From assembly GCA_017937305.1 (NCBI GenBank), contig JAGBDV010000020.1:160576-224575 (forward strand): 64,000 nucleotides of DNA, read 5' to 3'. Shown here piece by piece: positions 9,201-16,556 of this stretch. How positions within the stretch are numbered: the stretch's first letter is position 1; every line of letters starts with the position of its first letter. A program made the position numbers and the translations under genes. The notes beneath the pieces are model-generated. The model was not told the DNA's origin and did not search any database. It saw only the letters and a program-made list of their open reading frames with translations. Origin of the DNA: Bacilli bacterium. Its GTDB lineage: Bacteria > Bacillota_I > Bacilli_A > ML615J-28 > CAG-313.

Positions 9201-10787
9201 CCAAATTATGATTGTCCTATTTGTGGTCATAAAATGAATCGCGATGGAATGAGTATTGCTTTTGAAACATTCTTAGGTTTTACTGGTGAAAAAGTTCCTG
9301 ATATTGACCTTAACTTCTCTGGCGAATACCAAGGACAAGCACATTTATTTGCCCAAAAAATGTTTGGCAAAGATTATGCTTTTAGAGCAGGTACATGTTC
9401 TACTGTCATGGATAAAACTGCATTTGCTTATGTAAGAGATTATTATAATGATAAAGGTATTGTTAAACGTCAAAGTGAAATTGATAGACTTGCTTCATTT
9501 ATTGCGGGATCTAAACGTACTACTGGACAACATCCTGGTGGTATTGTTGTAGTTCCCGATAATATTGAAATTTATGATGTTACTCCTATTCAATTTCCAC
9601 CTGTATCAGATAAAGATGACTTAACACAAATGCAATGGCGTACATCACACTTTGATTATCATAGTTTTGAAGATAATTTATTAAAACTTGATATTTTAGG
9701 TCATGATGACCCAACACTTATTAAAAAATTAATAGAATATGTTCAAGCTAGACCTGATGAATTCCCATTTGATACTGTAGAAGGTATTCCATTTATTGAT
9801 GAAGATGTTATTTCTTTATTTAGTTCTAAAGAAGCCTTAAAAATTAAAGGTGATGACTTAGATACTTTATCTAGTGGAACAATTGGTATGCCAGAATTTG
9901 GAACAAGATTTGTTAGAGGAATGCTTGAAACAATTAAACCAAACAGTTATAACGATATTATTAAAGTATCAGGTTTATCACATGGTACAGACGTATGGGC
10001 AGGAAATGCAGAATCTTTAGTTAAAGGATTAATTGATGGATTCCCTAAAGTTGAATTTAAAGATGTAATCGGATGTCGTGACGATATTATGATTTATTTA
10101 ATTGCTAAAGGAGTTCCTGCTGCTGATGCATTTAAAATAATGGAATCAGTAAGAAAAGGTCGAGGAATTACTAAAGATCAAGAAAACTTAATGATTCAAA
10201 ATAATGTACCTGATTGGTTTGTTTGGACATGTAAAAAGATTAAATATCTATTCCCTAAAGCTCACGCAACAGCATATGTTATTATGGCTTTACGAATAGG
10301 TTGGTTTAAAGTTCATCGTCCGATTTATTATTATGCAGTATATTTCTCAGTTCGAGCTAAAGAATATGATGCTGAAATATTTGCACTTGGTAAAAATGCA
10401 ATTAGAAATAAAATTCAAGAAATTGAAAAGAAAATTCAAAATCATGATGTAACTAATAAAGAAGAAAATTTATTAGATGAACTTCGTATTGCTTTAGAAA
10501 TGGTTCTAAGAGGTTATACATTTAAACAAATTGATATTAATAAGTCTCTTGCAACAGACTTTGTAATTTCAGATGACAGAATGTCTTTATATCTTCCATT
10601 TGTAACTATTCCTTCACTAGGTGAAGCTGTAGCTAAATCAATTGTAGAAGCTAGAGAAATTAGACCATTCTCATCTAAGAAAGATGTTGAAAGAAGAACT
10701 TCAATTAATAAAACTCAATTTGCAAAATTACAGTTATTAGGTGTATTTGATGAATTACCTGATGATGATGAAAATACATTATTTTAA
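6258..10787 (+). CDS. polC: DNA polymerase III PolC-type (Gram-positive replicative polymerase)
   Basis: It is 1509 aa with a PHP motif (ELHAHTKMS) and an inserted DEDDh exonuclease (FVVFDIETTG, HNAKFD, HRAIHDA). Zn-finger Cys pairs (CPHC, CPICGH) and polymerase core motifs (PDIDLNF, GHDD) are also present. Confidence 0.97.
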   Translation: MTKNERFLNMLKIMNFEVTDDIASGVVVGYKLLEDNKTWRVTLEFDNLLTVERVNSLTSGIKQYLVDEIGALECKFTINYRNNVLEGLNSSIICDYFEEAIKVLSTVKREITIVKKYSYEFVADEITISVGTDVEKSVVEALCKLIKKYFNNYGLSEIKFNVEIGLEKADFKAEHEKQLQILENHNVAVGLENYKRIQLDAQTNKTDTTFTGYYKNKPLEVLIEDIPLTSIEVQEFSQINGTTKVTVNGVLVKGETKHLKSKKTGKELHLYTGVITNYKDSVSFKRFYKEEDTEIFEKELKPGKNIELTGSIEWDDYAKSVVIMCNSLIIKGVDSYRVRFDGQPEKRVELHAHTKMSVLDSILNVGEYVEQASRYGHSAVAVTDHENCHVFPDFFKACKKNNIKPIAGLEANYIDIDDIKIALTNEDINLNDATFVVFDIETTGFCINFNEIIEIGGVKIKNGMIIDSFSEFVKPNKRITEYITNLTDISNDTVFDALTIDDVLPEFKKFIEGCVLVAHNAKFDTDYIYANMKKLGIFEHEYPCIDTIIIARSIYPERGLKRFNLGAVAKFLKVEIEQQHRAIHDAKTTTNVFMKMLGDIAELGITNYKDLNKLVDPNQIYKHVIPTHINMLVKTHAGLKNLYKIISDSHTNHFWRNARVVRSVLEQYREGLLIGSGCVNGEVFRAALEKTEDILRERIRKYDYIEIQPPSSYMFLFEKTADLGAKEYILDTIKLLIRVAKEEGKIVVATGDVHELIPEDSEFRKIYLSVARPNGGGPHELASYDSTIDMHFRTTTEMLNEFKFLGTDLAYEIVVTNTNLINNMIESYDLFPKQLFVPRDDFRAEYGVPSMKQAIYDICDQTAHEKYGPNIPVYVKERLDRELKAIIGHGYFSVYYISHLLVKDSNENGYVVGSRGSVGSSFAATMMKITEVNPLTPHYVCPHCYFNAFKFTEEEKQKYGQTNIPSHIEEALNSVSNGFDLPNYDCPICGHKMNRDGMSIAFETFLGFTGEKVPDIDLNFSGEYQGQAHLFAQKMFGKDYAFRAGTCSTVMDKTAFAYVRDYYNDKGIVKRQSEIDRLASFIAGSKRTTGQHPGGIVVVPDNIEIYDVTPIQFPPVSDKDDLTQMQWRTSHFDYHSFEDNLLKLDILGHDDPTLIKKLIEYVQARPDEFPFDTVEGIPFIDEDVISLFSSKEALKIKGDDLDTLSSGTIGMPEFGTRFVRGMLETIKPNSYNDIIKVSGLSHGTDVWAGNAESLVKGLIDGFPKVEFKDVIGCRDDIMIYLIAKGVPAADAFKIMESVRKGRGITKDQENLMIQNNVPDWFVWTCKKIKYLFPKAHATAYVIMALRIGWFKVHRPIYYYAVYFSVRAKEYDAEIFALGKNAIRNKIQEIEKKIQNHDVTNKEENLLDELRIALEMVLRGYTFKQIDINKSLATDFVISDDRMSLYLPFVTIPSLGEAVAKSIVEAREIRPFSSKKDVERRTSINKTQFAKLQLLGVFDELPDDDENTLF

Positions 10788-10802
10788 TAGGGGGAAAAAT
10801 TT

Positions 10803-11564
10803 ATGAGAACTTCAAATATAGTTTTTAGAAAACTAAGAAGAATGGAAGGATATACTTACGATACAGCAACAATATCTGGTGTAAGTATTAAAAGTACAAT
10901 TTTATTATTAATAACACTTGTATCTGCTTGCTTATCAATTATTTTTCTTAGTGCTTTAAGCATGCAATCAATGCTGCTTTATGCTTTAGCAACTATTGCA
11001 ACTGTTGTATTACAATTAATTATTGTATTTAAACCAGCAACAGCAAAAAATTTATCTATTCCTTACGCAATATGTGAAGGTTTAATTATCGGTGTAATAT
11101 GTGATTTAATGGAGTTAGCACTTCCTGGTGAGGGATTTGCATTAGCTGGTGGAGCTTTAATGATTACAATTGGAATTGTACTTGCCGCATGCATATTATA
11201 TTCTCATGCAGGACTTAGAGCTAAATCTGGGTTTATTAAATTCTTTATAATTTTACTACTAGGCTTTTCGATCGCATCAGCATTTTTCTCGCTAACTGCT
11301 TTAATTATAAGATTAACAACGGGTATTAGTTTATGGTCTATCTACTTGGGATCATCATTATCTATTGCTGTTTCTTTTATTATGGTAGTTGTTGCATCAA
11401 TTTATGTATTTATAACTATTCAACAAACTAATGAAATTGTTAATCAAGGTATTGATAAAAACTATGAATGGTATGCTGCATTTGGTATTGCAATAACTGT
11501 TATTTGGTTATTCTTAGAAATATTAGAATTATTATTAAAAATAGCTGCTAAAAGAGATGACTAA
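10803..11564 (+). CDS. Polytopic membrane protein, Bax-inhibitor-1-like (BaxI_1-type) candidate
   Basis: The MRTSN.VF N-terminus is typical of that family and is followed by about 7 hydrophobic helices. The assignment rests on memory of the family pattern only. Confidence 0.5.
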   Translation: MRTSNIVFRKLRRMEGYTYDTATISGVSIKSTILLLITLVSACLSIIFLSALSMQSMLLYALATIATVVLQLIIVFKPATAKNLSIPYAICEGLIIGVICDLMELALPGEGFALAGGALMITIGIVLAACILYSHAGLRAKSGFIKFFIILLLGFSIASAFFSLTALIIRLTTGISLWSIYLGSSLSIAVSFIMVVVASIYVFITIQQTNEIVNQGIDKNYEWYAAFGIAITVIWLFLEILELLLKIAAKRDD

Positions 11565-11649
11565 ATTTGAAATGAGTAAAACTATTGTTTTACTCATTTT
11601 TTATATTTTATTCTTTTATGCATAAACTATTAGTAAGAGGTATTTTTAT

Positions 11650-12675
11650 ATGAAACTTAGTATTAATAGTCTAATTAAAATTTTATTAATTATTTTAATC
11701 GCAATAAGCTTTTTATATTTATTTAATTATGTTTCATCTTTTATTTTTTCATTGCTTGGAATATTAGTTCCTTTTTTAATTGCGTTTACTGTTAGTTTTA
11801 TTGTAGATCCTTGGGTAAAATATTTAGAAAAGAAGAAGATTAATCATAAATTATCAGTTTTAATTATAATTTTGTTTTTAATAAGTATAATTATCTTATT
11901 TGGTGTATTCTTAGTTCCGTTAATTAATAAAGAACTTAGTTTTTTTATTGATAATTTCCCTGTATTAATTGATAAAATTAATGACTTATTTAATAATATA
12001 AAGTTCTTTAATAAAATAGGTCTGAATTTTAAAACAATAGTCAGTTTTTTAATTAATTCTAATGGTAATATAATAGATAAAATAATTAAATTTGTCACAG
12101 CGATTTTTTCCTCATTTATCCCAACTATTACAACTCCTATTTTAATAATCTATTTTATTGTTTATTATGAAAAAATAGAAAATTTAATTAAAAGATTAGT
12201 TGATAAAAATAGTGGTAAATACTTAATACTTAAAAACATTAAAGATTCAATGCATACGTATTTTAAATCATATTTAATTATCACTGTTTTATTAAGCTTT
12301 TTTAGTAGTATTGCGTTTATGTTACTTGAAATTGATTATTTCTTGATATGGGGAATTATAATTGGTATAACAAATATTATTCCATATGTTGGACCATATA
12401 TTGGAGGAGGTATAGTTGGGCTATTTGTGCTTACTACAAATCCAGAATTACTTATTTATGTTATAATAATTATAGTATGTTTACAGGTAATTGAAAGTAA
12501 TTTTTTGACTCCAAAAATTCAAGGTGAAGCATTAGAAATTAATCCGATTTTAGTTGTTTTTTCTGTGACATTTTTTGGTAAAATACTAGGAATTATTGGT
12601 ATGATTATTGCGGTTCCAATTGTAAGAATTATCCAAATAATTATAAAAGTGAAATTTTTTAACAAAAAAAGATAA
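11650..12675 (+). CDS. AI-2E family transporter (PerM/UPF0118)
   Basis: It has eight or so TM segments and the characteristic IPYVGPYIGG motif followed by ESNFLTPKI. Confidence 0.8.
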   Translation: MKLSINSLIKILLIILIAISFLYLFNYVSSFIFSLLGILVPFLIAFTVSFIVDPWVKYLEKKKINHKLSVLIIILFLISIIILFGVFLVPLINKELSFFIDNFPVLIDKINDLFNNIKFFNKIGLNFKTIVSFLINSNGNIIDKIIKFVTAIFSSFIPTITTPILIIYFIVYYEKIENLIKRLVDKNSGKYLILKNIKDSMHTYFKSYLIITVLLSFFSSIAFMLLEIDYFLIWGIIIGITNIIPYVGPYIGGGIVGLFVLTTNPELLIYVIIIIVCLQVIESNFLTPKIQGEALEINPILVVFSVTFFGKILGIIGMIIAVPIVRIIQIIIKVKFFNKKR

Positions 12676-12681
12676 AATCAG

Positions 12682-12710
12682 TTTACAAAAAATATGAAAT
12701 GTGATATAAT
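12682..12710 (+). promoter_or_regulatory. Strong sigma-A-type promoter (TTTACA, 17-nt spacer, TGaTATAAT) for the paralogous membrane/coiled-coil gene pair
   Basis: Read directly. The spacer is 17 nt with a TG extension, and the element lies about 70 nt upstream of the RBS AAAGGAG. Confidence 0.5.
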
Positions 12711-12778
12711 ATAGTCATAAAATATGTGTATAAAAACCAACAAAAAATTATATGCTGATGGCAAAAGGAGAGAAAATT

Positions 12779-14467
12779 ATGTTAACAAAAGCAAACAAAG
12801 TAGTAATGTATATCCTTAGTATTGTTACTATTATACTTGGACTTGTTACAGCGATCCCATTTAGAACATTACCGTTCGCAAGCAATTGCCCTAATATTTT
12901 AAATGTGGAATTCTATGTTAAGTTCTTAGTTATTCCGGTATATGCATTAGGAGCTTGTGTTTTTCCAAATATCGTAAAATATAAACAAATTAAAAACAGA
13001 TTAGAAAGAAGCAAAGTAGCTAATATTCTTAGTTATTTACCAATTTTAGTTGTAATTATTGGTCAATTAATTTTATTAGTTCACACTTTAACTTTCAAAT
13101 ACTATCCAATGTCAGCTGGTGCTCATGCAGTATTACTAGCTATTTGTGTATGTTATTTAGTATTTATGATTTGCGTATTATTCGCTGTTAATAAGATTAC
13201 AGTAAGCTTATCTAGAAAATCAAATCGCATTTTTGATGTTATTGTTGGGGCATCATTAGTTATTTTTATTTTATTATCTTGGAGAATTTTAGATGCTTAT
13301 GCTGCAAGCTACGGTCTTGAAGAAGGTTATATTTATGGCCAATCTAACGTAGACCCATATTTATTCTTCTTATACATCATTTTATTATTTGTTACTGTAT
13401 TCTATCTAAAAGGTATTTTCAAAACAATTAAAGCTAATGAAACATTAGTTTATTCACAAGTTCTTACTAATGGTCAAATTGATGAAATCATTTGTGAAGA
13501 ATATAATCATGCTTATAATGATATTCTACAAGAATTTGAAGAATTCTTTGCAGAAGAATTATTAGAAGATACTGAAGAAGTAGAAGAACAAGCTGAAGAA
13601 GCAGAAGAACCTGCTGAAGAAGCACTTCAAGAAGTTGAAGAACCTGCTGAAGAAGCAGCTCAAGAAGTAGAAGAACCTGCTGAAGAGGTAGCTCAAGAAG
13701 TAGAAGAACCTGCTGAAGAAGCAGCTCAAGAAGAACAAGCTGAAGACTTATCAGAAATTAAAGTTGAATCATTAGAAGACTTAAATGAATTAAATGAATT
13801 ACTTGTTCAAACTGATACTAAGAATGATGAAAAAGTAGCTGAACAAGCTGAAAACATTAAAAACCAAATTGAAGAAGAAAAGAATGCTCTTGTAAATGAA
13901 AGAGCTGAATTAGAAGCTTATCGTGCTGCTGCTCAAGCTGAACTTGCTGCTTTACAAGCTCAACTTGACGAAATTGAAGAAGCTCAAGATGAAGTAGTTG
14001 AAGAAGCACCTGTTCAAAAGAAGAAAGTATTCAAACCTACATTTGAACAAGTTGTTGCATTCGCTAAATCTTTACAAGAAGAAGATTGGAAAGTTACTGA
14101 AAATATTAAAGAAGAAACAGGTACTGGTACAATTAAATTCTCTAAAGGTAAAGTTCAATTCTTAATTCTTCAAAGTACAAGTAGTGATTACCGTATTACT
14201 TTCTTAGCTACAGAAAAGAAATGGTCTACAATTTTAACTGGTGTTAAGGGCGTTTCTATTCCTAAAAATGCTAAAGGTAACAAGTGGTTAAAATATGTTA
14301 ACAAAGGTATCGGTGAAACTTCTGTTATCAAATCATTCATTAGAGAATCTGTTAAGGGTGCTAATGAAGAAATTGCTAATATTTTAAAAGCAAAAGAAGA
14401 AGAAAAACAACGTCGTGCTGAAGCTAAGAAATTAGCTAAACAACAAGCACAAGAAGAAAATAAATAG
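12779..14467 (+). CDS. Membrane-anchored acidic coiled-coil protein, paralog 1 (6 predicted TM, EEPAEE repeats, coiled coil, shared C-terminal domain); function unknown
   Basis: The ORF-track start is 12752, but the ATG at 12779 follows the RBS AAAGGAGAG. About 6 hydrophobic helices are followed by the EEPAEEA.QEV x4 repeat and then A/E/Q-rich heptads. A globular region follows (FEQVVAFAKSL, KFSKGKVQFLILQSTSSDYRITFLA) and then a K/E-rich tail. Confidence 0.8.
   Translation: MLTKANKVVMYILSIVTIILGLVTAIPFRTLPFASNCPNILNVEFYVKFLVIPVYALGACVFPNIVKYKQIKNRLERSKVANILSYLPILVVIIGQLILLVHTLTFKYYPMSAGAHAVLLAICVCYLVFMICVLFAVNKITVSLSRKSNRIFDVIVGASLVIFILLSWRILDAYAASYGLEEGYIYGQSNVDPYLFFLYIILLFVTVFYLKGIFKTIKANETLVYSQVLTNGQIDEIICEEYNHAYNDILQEFEEFFAEELLEDTEEVEEQAEEAEEPAEEALQEVEEPAEEAAQEVEEPAEEVAQEVEEPAEEAAQEEQAEDLSEIKVESLEDLNELNELLVQTDTKNDEKVAEQAENIKNQIEEEKNALVNERAELEAYRAAAQAELAALQAQLDEIEEAQDEVVEEAPVQKKKVFKPTFEQVVAFAKSLQEEDWKVTENIKEETGTGTIKFSKGKVQFLILQSTSSDYRITFLATEKKWSTILTGVKGVSIPKNAKGNKWLKYVNKGIGETSVIKSFIRESVKGANEEIANILKAKEEEKQRRAEAKKLAKQQAQEENK
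13604..13735 (+). repeat. In-frame 33-bp tandem repeat, about 4 copies, encoding EEPAEEA(L/A/V)QEV
   Basis: The unit GAAGAACCTGCTGAAGAAGCA.CTCAAGAAGT. begins at 13604, 13637, 13670 and 13703, with only a few substitutions between copies. Confidence 0.85.
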
Positions 14468-14483
14468 AAAGGACTAGCAAAAT

Positions 14484-16313
14484 ATGTTATTAGAACGTGA
14501 TCGTAAGTTATTTCATCTTTTTGCAGTAATTTCTATTGCATTAAGTTTATTAGTTTGTATCCCTTACTCATTAGCTAAGGTTACATTATTTGAAATTATT
14601 GTTAAATACATGGTTATTCCATGTGCAATTGGTGTATTTACTTTTATTTGTTGGTCTGGTAAATATCGTAGCTATCGTCCAGCTGTAAAATTTACTACTA
14701 TTGTTACTTATACACCATTATTCTCATATACTGCTGCAATTTTATTTAATACATTACTATTATTAGTAAGAAATACTTCTGTTTATTCTCAACTTAAGTA
14801 CAACTTATTAATTATGGGATTAGCTGCAGTTTTAGTACTTATTATTGCATTAGCTCATGTTTATAGTAAATTTGTAATTAAGTTTTCTAAAAATGAAGCT
14901 TTAATCGCTGATTGTATTTTTGCAGTATTAGCACTTGCTTATACAATTGGTGGTGCATCAATTGCATTTGATTATCGTGCAATAGGTGGATTAGAATTTA
15001 AATCTGTTTTATACATTTTAATTCCTTTAATTCTAGGTGCTGCTGCTGCTTGGTTACATGTTTTAATCATTAACAATGCAAATGAACAAAAACAAGAATA
15101 TGTAGTTAAGAGCCGTCAAGAATTATATCAATTATGGGAAGAAAATTGTTTAACAGCTAAAAAGATTTATGAAGCTGCAAGAGAAAATATTTTAGAATCT
15201 TTATTAAACTACAATTTAGAAGAGTTAGGATTTGAAGAAGTTGAAGCAGTTGAAGAACCTGTTGAGGAAGTTATCGTAGAAAAAGATCCTGAACTAGAAA
15301 ATAAAGTAAATGAATTAGAAGCTGAAAAAGAAGCATTAGTAGGTCAAAATAATGAATTAAATGAACAAAATCAATCATTAGAAGAAAGAATTAATGCTTT
15401 AGAAGAACAAAATAAAGCTTTAAAAGAACAATTAGATGAAGTATTAGCAGTTATTGCTACATCTAAAGATATGATTGTAGATACACTTCAAAAGTGTGCT
15501 GATAATGATGCAGATTTAATTATGGATTCATTACAACATTCATTAGATGTTATTAAATCTGAACGTGAAGCTGTTGCTGAAAGTCGTCAAAAACTAGTTG
15601 CAGAAATTGAAGCTCAAAAAGCTGAAATTCAAGCTAAACTTGATGCACATGCTGAAAAAGTTGCTCTTGAAGAAAAAGCTAAAGCTGAAGCTTTAGAAAA
15701 AGCTCGTCTTGATGCTGAACGTCGTGCTAAAGAAGCTGAAGAACGTGCAAAAGAAAAGAAACCGATTGAACCTGACTTTGCTAAAGTTGTTGAATTTGCA
15801 GTTAGCGTAGGTAAAGATCGTGATGACGTTGAATTATCAGTTAATGATAAGCAAACAATGTACAAATTCTTACATGATGGTACTGCATTTATTGCTCTTC
15901 AAAAGACTAATAATGATTACCGTATTTCATTCCTTGCTAAAACTGAAGCAATGCGTGAACTTTTATATCAATATAATGGTGTTATTAGTTTTGATAAAGT
16001 TGTTGAATTTGAAAAAGCTAAATATTCTATTCAACTATTAAAAGCTGTTTATAAAGGTGATGAATCATTAGCCATTGAAGTAGTACAAGAATTATTAACT
16101 AATTCACTTGCTGTATTACTTGAAGCTGAAGAATTAGAAGCTCAAGCAATCGCTAAAGAACAAGCTGCTAAAGAACGTGCTAAACTTGCTGAACAAGCAT
16201 TAAGAGAAAAAGAAAGAGCTTTAGCTAAAGAAGAAGCTAAACGTCAAAAAGAATTACAAAAAGCTCAAGAAGAAGCAGAAAAACAACAAGCTGCTCCTGA
16301 AGAAGCTGCATAA
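14484..16313 (+). CDS. Membrane-anchored coiled-coil protein, paralog 2 (6 predicted TM, long coiled coil, shared C-terminal domain); function unknown
   Basis: Same architecture as the upstream gene. Its C-terminal globular region (FAKVVEFAVSV, KFLHDGTAFIALQKTNNDYRISFLA) aligns with paralog 1. The RBS is GAAAGGA. Confidence 0.8.
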   Translation: MLLERDRKLFHLFAVISIALSLLVCIPYSLAKVTLFEIIVKYMVIPCAIGVFTFICWSGKYRSYRPAVKFTTIVTYTPLFSYTAAILFNTLLLLVRNTSVYSQLKYNLLIMGLAAVLVLIIALAHVYSKFVIKFSKNEALIADCIFAVLALAYTIGGASIAFDYRAIGGLEFKSVLYILIPLILGAAAAWLHVLIINNANEQKQEYVVKSRQELYQLWEENCLTAKKIYEAARENILESLLNYNLEELGFEEVEAVEEPVEEVIVEKDPELENKVNELEAEKEALVGQNNELNEQNQSLEERINALEEQNKALKEQLDEVLAVIATSKDMIVDTLQKCADNDADLIMDSLQHSLDVIKSEREAVAESRQKLVAEIEAQKAEIQAKLDAHAEKVALEEKAKAEALEKARLDAERRAKEAEERAKEKKPIEPDFAKVVEFAVSVGKDRDDVELSVNDKQTMYKFLHDGTAFIALQKTNNDYRISFLAKTEAMRELLYQYNGVISFDKVVEFEKAKYSIQLLKAVYKGDESLAIEVVQELLTNSLAVLLEAEELEAQAIAKEQAAKERAKLAEQALREKERALAKEEAKRQKELQKAQEEAEKQQAAPEEAA

Positions 16314-16320
16314 TAAAAAT

Positions 16321-16541
16321 TGTTGATAGAAGATAAGTAAATATATTTAATTATTTATAGAGAAAAGCTGGTCGGTGAAAAGCTAATAATTGGTATATTG
16401 AAGCTCCTTCTGTAGATGGGACTAATCCTCTCCGCTTGAAGCGTTAAAACTAAAACTGAGCGTATAAAGTTATCTTTATAAACTAGGATGGTACCGCGAA
16501 TTCATGTTCGTTCCTAATAATATTAGGGACGAACTTTTTTT
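16321..16541 (+). promoter_or_regulatory. T-box leader (tRNA-Ala sensing riboswitch) of alaS
   Basis: There is an AGAGA stem I element. A GCT candidate specifier lies at 16403-16405 in the context TTGAAGCTCC. The conserved T-box sequence AGGATGGTACCGCG lies at about 16485-16498. The terminator hairpin GTTCGTTCCTA/TAGGGACGAAC plus T7 spans 16507-16541. Confidence 0.85.
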
Positions 16542-16556
16542 ATGAAAGGACAAATT

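Noticed and set aside
13604-13735. 33-bp tandem repeat considered as a non-coding satellite or CRISPR-like array
   Set aside because: It is in frame inside a long ORF, has no spacers, and encodes a coherent acidic peptide repeat.
16542-16556. Upstream in-frame start codons extending alaS. The same was seen for rpsO (30874), pnp (31278), tldD (36449), proS (39285), deoB (46180) and paralog 1 (12752).
   Set aside because: In every case a downstream ATG is preceded at proper spacing by a strong RBS and yields the canonical N-terminus. The upstream starts overlap terminators or neighbouring genes, or the upstream start is TTG and has no RBS.
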